Positions 15,588 through 20,000 of a stretch of 20,000 bases of DNA are shown piece by piece; positions within the stretch are counted from its first letter, which is position 1; each line of letters opens with the position of its first letter. This stretch comes from an uncultured virus (IMG/VR IMGVR_UViG_3300034105_002081) (Duplodnaviria > Heunggongvirae > Uroviricota > Caudoviricetes), in IMG/VR virus record IMGVR_UViG_3300034105_002081, positions 51,819-71,818 of that record; one strand, given 5' to 3'. The notes beneath the pieces are model-generated. The model saw nothing but the letters and a program-made list of their open reading frames with translations, searched no databases and was not told the origin of the DNA. The translations under genes and the position numbers were made by a program.

Positions 15588-17035
15588 CAGACCAAGATAC
15601 TGATATACAAGAATATCCTATTGAATATCAATTATTTGCTCTTTCATTTAAGGATCCAGGAGCTATTGAATTTTTTAAAGAACATATAGATCCAAGCGAA
15701 GTTGGTTTTATACATAATCAAAAGGGTATTGGTGAATTCTACGAAGCTATTTTATCTTTCCATGATTTAACAAAATTGGACCTAGTTGATCCAGTAGCTT
15801 TTAAGACCTGGTTAGAATCAGAAACCAATATACACACTGCACTTGGTGGATCAGCTGGTGTCGACTCAATGATGGATACTTTGGTCAAGCTAGAACTATC
15901 AAATAAAGAATCAGTATCTAAGATAATAAACCACAAAGCATCGAAAAGAAAACAGTTAGATTACTTAGAGGAACTTAAACATCTTGTTTTAAATAAGGGG
16001 ATAAAAAGTGATCAAGAGATTGAAAGAATCAATAGCCTAGCTTCTTCAATACGTGACTTAGAGAATACGACTGAGTACAATCCACTAGATACTGTCACCA
16101 CTGCTACTCAGATGGTAAATAGGGTAGATGACCTACTTAACGTACCAGACTTCATGCCTACGCAATTTAAGGCCCTTAATAGGGCTATGGGGTACACTGA
16201 TGAGGGAGGCTTCTTCAAAGGGGCCGTACACGCTATCATAGCACCCTCTGGCAAGGGTAAGAGTACGTTTGCCAAGTGCCTAGTTAACCACTGGGTCAGT
16301 ACAGGCTATAGGGCTTTGTATGTCAATTTCGAGGAAGCACAATCCCACTGGGAGAGAGTATTGATGACCCAAGTGATTGGGCAGAACGTGTACGCCAATG
16401 CTGACAGATGGTCAGTTGAGGAGAAGCTAAAATACTCAAACCTTTTCAAGTCTAGATTATTAGAATGGGGAGACAGATTAATGGTTAAACATGATCCCGA
16501 TACTCCTTACTTCGAAGATCTAGAAAAATGGCTTAGAGATATCTTGGGCCATGGTAAAGATATACCAGATGTAATAGTTATAGATACGATTCAGTCTATG
16601 TTTACCAAAGGAAAAGGTAAAGCTCGTTGGGGTGAATTCGAAGAGATGATGGTTCGACTTGAAAAGTTGGCTAGAGATATGAATTGCGTTCTTATCATTA
16701 CTGCTCAAGAGAATTCAAATAGAATGAAAGAAAAACGAGAAGTTGTGCAGCAATCTGATACCGGTGGATCTTTAGCTATTCAACAAAAATGTGCAGTAAC
16801 AATATTTATTACAGAAAAAAGATTAGTTAGTGGCGATGAAACTGAAGACGACACAGTCATGCAATTGCAAATCCCCAAAAACAGAATTACTGGATCTACT
16901 TTCGTTTACGATCCTCCTCTAGTTAGATATGTTGATTCTAGAAAATCATATGAAGACTACGAAATAGTTACTGAAGAATCCTATGAGTCTAATTCTATAC
17001 TAGATGATTTATTAAATGGAGGTATGTTAAGCTAA
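15584..17035 (+). CDS. DnaB-like (SF4) replicative helicase
   Basis: Walker A APSGKGKST, NFEE, Walker B IVIDTIQ, ITAQ.N and KNR arginine finger. Confidence 0.92.
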   Translation: MTDQDTDIQEYPIEYQLFALSFKDPGAIEFFKEHIDPSEVGFIHNQKGIGEFYEAILSFHDLTKLDLVDPVAFKTWLESETNIHTALGGSAGVDSMMDTLVKLELSNKESVSKIINHKASKRKQLDYLEELKHLVLNKGIKSDQEIERINSLASSIRDLENTTEYNPLDTVTTATQMVNRVDDLLNVPDFMPTQFKALNRAMGYTDEGGFFKGAVHAIIAPSGKGKSTFAKCLVNHWVSTGYRALYVNFEEAQSHWERVLMTQVIGQNVYANADRWSVEEKLKYSNLFKSRLLEWGDRLMVKHDPDTPYFEDLEKWLRDILGHGKDIPDVIVIDTIQSMFTKGKGKARWGEFEEMMVRLEKLARDMNCVLIITAQENSNRMKEKREVVQQSDTGGSLAIQQKCAVTIFITEKRLVSGDETEDDTVMQLQIPKNRITGSTFVYDPPLVRYVDSRKSYEDYEIVTEESYESNSILDDLLNGGMLS

Positions 17036-17826
17036 TGAAATTAGTAACACCAAATTCAATCAAAGATTTTAAAACTTGTTCTTTACTATTTAACTATAGA
17101 CATGAACAACAACTGCCAGAGACAATAGGTGGTCGTGATTTATTAAGTGAAAGATTTGAAAATACAATAAAAGATATTGTATATTTTTTCTTTTACAAAA
17201 AACAAGGAGGGTATACGCCCTCTTATGCCTCCCTCTTAAATAGATGGGAAAAGCTATGGTTTTCAAAAGATATATCAGCTTACGATATTATGACAGAACA
17301 GCACGAAAGCGCCTATGGTAATAACGCCAGTTTAACCAGTAAAGCTGCTAATATACTTCTTTCTTTTCATGAACATTTTTCCGATTCATCCTTTATACCC
17401 ATAGCTATTAACGAAGAATTCGTTTTCCCTATAAGTAAAGATGTAAAGATAAAAGACAAATTTGATATTATATTATATAAAGATAATAATTATTATGTAA
17501 TTAAGTTAATGTTTAACTATAAAAATAATCATCAGCATATGAATCAAATTGATTTTACAACTATTTATTCAGCGTTTTCTCACAAAAACCCTACAAGAAT
17601 TTCTAGACTTAAAGTTGGCTATTGTGACTTAGCCAGCCAAAGTGCACAGTTTAATGAATATGAAATTCTAGAAGATGACGTTAATTCATTAAAGTTTTGG
17701 TGCGATGAGATATTCAACACCGAAAAATTTATTCCAAGAAGAGGATTAACTTGGTATTGTAAAAAATGCCCATTCGATACCCCTTGCTCAAAATGGAAAC
17801 CTGAGAAAAAAATTAATAATGGATGA
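17035..17826 (+). CDS. Cas4/AddB-like PD-(D/E)XK-fold protein with four-Cys site and degenerate catalytic motif
   Basis: N-terminal SIKDFKTC, E.F, KFDII and C-terminal CKKCPF..PC; the expected [IV]DYKT reads VIKLMF. Confidence 0.75.
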   Translation: MKLVTPNSIKDFKTCSLLFNYRHEQQLPETIGGRDLLSERFENTIKDIVYFFFYKKQGGYTPSYASLLNRWEKLWFSKDISAYDIMTEQHESAYGNNASLTSKAANILLSFHEHFSDSSFIPIAINEEFVFPISKDVKIKDKFDIILYKDNNYYVIKLMFNYKNNHQHMNQIDFTTIYSAFSHKNPTRISRLKVGYCDLASQSAQFNEYEILEDDVNSLKFWCDEIFNTEKFIPRRGLTWYCKKCPFDTPCSKWKPEKKINNG

Positions 17827-17992
17827 AGATTTTCAACTAGGTTTTATATTAAACTTAGAAAGAACTGAAAAGATAATTGAAATATCACATGTGTTTGATA
17901 AATCTCCAGAACAGTTTATCAATGATATAATAGATTCAACCTATAAGAAAATAGAAGCACTAACACTAGAATGGGATCAAGATGACGAGTAA
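17819..17992 (+). CDS. 57-aa acidic hypothetical protein (not in ORF track)
   Basis: MDEDFQLGFILNLERTEKIIEISHVFDKSPEQFINDIIDSTYKKIEALTLEWDQDDE*; overlaps both neighbours. Confidence 0.65.
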   Translation: MDEDFQLGFILNLERTEKIIEISHVFDKSPEQFINDIIDSTYKKIEALTLEWDQDDE

Positions 17993-18677
17993 AAATAAAT
18001 CAATATTAGATGATCTATTAAGTGACGAACCCATATTCAATTCAAATGAAGAAGAAGATAAGGTACTTAAACCACTTTTAGATGAAATAAACATGATAGA
18101 TAATTTAAATATAAAATTATTTACTAGATCTGTTCTTCTGCAAGCTAAAATGTTCTGGGTTATACCCTCTAGTTTTTCTGGCAAGTATCATCCACCAGAC
18201 GAGCATAATGGTGGCGGAAACGTTTTGCACACAAAGAGAGTCGTTAGGGCAGCTAAAGTCATATCTGATTCATATTCCTTAACGTCTTCAGAGAGAGATC
18301 TTGTTTTTTCTGCTTGCTTACTACATGATGTGACTAAAGGTGTTGGAGACGAATCCTGTTCTGACCCAACAAGTTTTACATACGACCCACTGCATCCGTA
18401 TACTGTTGGTAATTTTGTAAAGAAATGCCAAGAAAACGATAGAAAGTATACCTCAGAAGCTAATTCATCAACCCTTTATATAGATGAAGAGACAGTGCAA
18501 TCAATTCTTAGACTAGTACGATGCCATATGGGCCCATGGTCTCCTGTCCCTGAAACTGTTCCAGTTACTTATCTGGACATGATTGTTCATTTGGCGGATA
18601 ATATGGCTTCAAAACTTCACTATATAGTTGACGGAGATAACGTATTAAAGGAAAGATGGATTTTAGAAAGCCAATAA
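17982..18677 (+). CDS. HD-domain phosphohydrolase (YhaM-like HD subtype)
   Basis: Motifs PSS..GKYHP, GGNVLHT, LLHD..KG, HP, HMG and VHLADNMAS. Confidence 0.88.
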   Translation: MTSKNKSILDDLLSDEPIFNSNEEEDKVLKPLLDEINMIDNLNIKLFTRSVLLQAKMFWVIPSSFSGKYHPPDEHNGGGNVLHTKRVVRAAKVISDSYSLTSSERDLVFSACLLHDVTKGVGDESCSDPTSFTYDPLHPYTVGNFVKKCQENDRKYTSEANSSTLYIDEETVQSILRLVRCHMGPWSPVPETVPVTYLDMIVHLADNMASKLHYIVDGDNVLKERWILESQ

Positions 18678-18678
18678 T

Positions 18679-18846
18679 ATGAATAGTGATGAAATTATTT
18701 CAGCTAGAATGATTGCTATAGAAAATATGGAGTTTTATATTAAAGAATCTATTTATTATAGATCCTATAGTGAACACATGAACAGCGAAAACAAACTCAT
18801 AGTTTGGAATATAAAAGAAGATTTGGGAAAAACGCAAATAAAATGA
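18679..18846 (+). CDS. 55-aa hypothetical protein (not in ORF track)
   Basis: MNSDEIISARMIAIENMEFYIKESIYYRSYSEHMNSENKLIVWNIKEDLGKTQIK*; ATGA overlap with the primase start. Confidence 0.6.
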   Translation: MNSDEIISARMIAIENMEFYIKESIYYRSYSEHMNSENKLIVWNIKEDLGKTQIK

Positions 18847-20000
18847 AAATCTCATCAAAAAATGAATTTTATTCTCAATGGAAATATGTTGAACTAGCAA
18901 GATATGTAACATCCCTTAAGAGAGTTATCAGAGAAAAAGACAAAGACGGAACCATGCTGTACGAGTACCGTAGGGTTAATTCTTACGCACAAAAATATAA
19001 CAATACGGGAATATATACATCCATATGGAGATTTAACTCAGAAGACTTAACATCTGCTGTTAGATTTGGTTCTTTGTATTTTGATATAGATAATGAAGAT
19101 ATGCAGATTTCTTATAGCGAAGTAAAAAAGTTATATTCTTATTTAAATCAGTTCATACCAGAACAATCTATAATTGTTTACTTTACTGGGAAAAAGGGTT
19201 TCCACATAGAGTGTGAAGTTATTGCCTTGGGGATTAACCCGGGAAATAATCTTCCTATTATATTTAGACACATCGCTAATGATGTTAAGAATAAACTTGA
19301 TCTATCTTCTTTAGATTTTAGCGTTTATGACCCTAGAAGAATGTGGAGACTTGAAGGTTCTAAGCACCAAGATACTGGTTTGTACAAGAATATAATTAGT
19401 AAAGAAATGCTATTCAGCGACATAGATGAAATTACATCTTATTGTAAAGATTATCATGAACCATTTGTAAATGATCAAGAATTTTCTCACTCAGCGAATG
19501 AATGGTACGCCGATTATGTAAGACAGGTTGATTCTGAAAAGAACAAGCCAAAGGATATATTTTCTCACTTTAATCAGTACGGTTCTTCTGGCAATAAAAC
19601 TTTTAGCGAATCAGAAAAAGTATTTGAAAAAGAAAAACTACTTACTCAATGCAGCGCAATTAAAAAGTTAGAGCAACAAGCTAAAGAAAAACATTACTTA
19701 GAGCATGAGGCTAGATTATTTTTATGTTCTATATTGACTTATTCAGAAGAATCAGTCGAATATTTTCATGAAATCCTAAGCAATTGCGAAGACTATAATA
19801 TATCTAAATCTTCAGCCCATATTAACGATTGGATAAAAAGAAGAGATATGGGCATTGGAGGAAGACCATATACTTGCGAAAGAGCAAACTCTGTTGGAGT
19901 TGGATGTGGTGAATGTTCTTTAGAGCAAAAGAATAAATGGGTAAAAGTAAATGGAAAATTTATTGAAACGAATGAAAAGTCGTCACCATCACCAGTACGT
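18843..20000 (+). CDS. Archaeo-eukaryotic primase (AEP) fused to a PriL-CTD-like Cys domain, 3'-truncated (not in ORF track)
   Basis: Open for 386 codons to the window end: LYFDID, YFTGKKGFH, D.SVYD.RRMWRL.GS.H..TGLYK, then QCSAI...HYLEHEARLFL...DY...RPYTC.......GCGEC...SP. Confidence 0.9.
   Translation, partial: MKISSKNEFYSQWKYVELARYVTSLKRVIREKDKDGTMLYEYRRVNSYAQKYNNTGIYTSIWRFNSEDLTSAVRFGSLYFDIDNEDMQISYSEVKKLYSYLNQFIPEQSIIVYFTGKKGFHIECEVIALGINPGNNLPIIFRHIANDVKNKLDLSSLDFSVYDPRRMWRLEGSKHQDTGLYKNIISKEMLFSDIDEITSYCKDYHEPFVNDQEFSHSANEWYADYVRQVDSEKNKPKDIFSHFNQYGSSGNKTFSESEKVFEKEKLLTQCSAIKKLEQQAKEKHYLEHEARLFLCSILTYSEESVEYFHEILSNCEDYNISKSSAHINDWIKRRDMGIGGRPYTCERANSVGVGCGECSLEQKNKWVKVNGKFIETNEKSSPSPVR

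Noticed and set aside
17035..17826. CRISPR-Cas locus suggested by the Cas4-like gene
   Set aside because: No repeat-spacer array or other cas genes are seen; solo Cas4-like genes are common in phage replication modules.
17923..17931. TGATATAAT extended -10 upstream of the HD gene
   Set aside because: Lies inside a coding region in AT-rich DNA with no -35; cannot be distinguished from chance.
17982..20000. HD hydrolase beside an AEP as a Z-genome (DatZ/PrimPol) signature
   Set aside because: No purZ in the window, and the HD motifs (YH...GG...HT) look YhaM-like rather than DatZ-like.
1..20000. Stop-codon reassignment, tRNA genes or a cobalamin riboswitch
   Set aside because: TAA, TAG and TGA all end genes at sensible boundaries with high coding density. 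Intergenic gaps are short and show no cloverleaf or B12-box by eye.

Overview
AT-rich, densely packed, all-plus-strand window of a large dsDNA tailed phage (standard genetic code; an actinobacterial host is inferred only from gene-family flavour). Bases 1-3.7 kb hold the end of a virion structural module of related proteins, one of them apparently frameshifted. After a terminator-like hairpin, 3.9-15 kb is a nucleotide-metabolism, DNA-modification and glycosylation block: class II RNR, variant ThyX, dCMP deaminase, two GT2s, a GT-D-like protein, an RmlB-like dehydratase, a C5 DNA methyltransferase, a thermonuclease, a pyrimidine-dimer glycosylase-family protein and a nucleoside deoxyribosyltransferase. 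Bases 15-20 kb are a replication module: HTH/Vsr-like nuclease, DnaB helicase, degenerate Cas4-like protein, HD hydrolase and an AEP primase fused to a PriL-like Cys domain. The strongest signals are (1) a second protein overprinted in the +1 frame inside the methyltransferase gene, resembling the M.EcoHK31I beta subunit but lacking motif IX; (2) a phage-encoded glycosylation toolkit interleaved with DNA-modification genes; (3) an identical SILDDLL peptide on the tails of the helicase and the HD protein; and (4) a 60-aa gene with its own near-consensus promoter and terminator. All family assignments come from motif recognition by eye; no searches were run.
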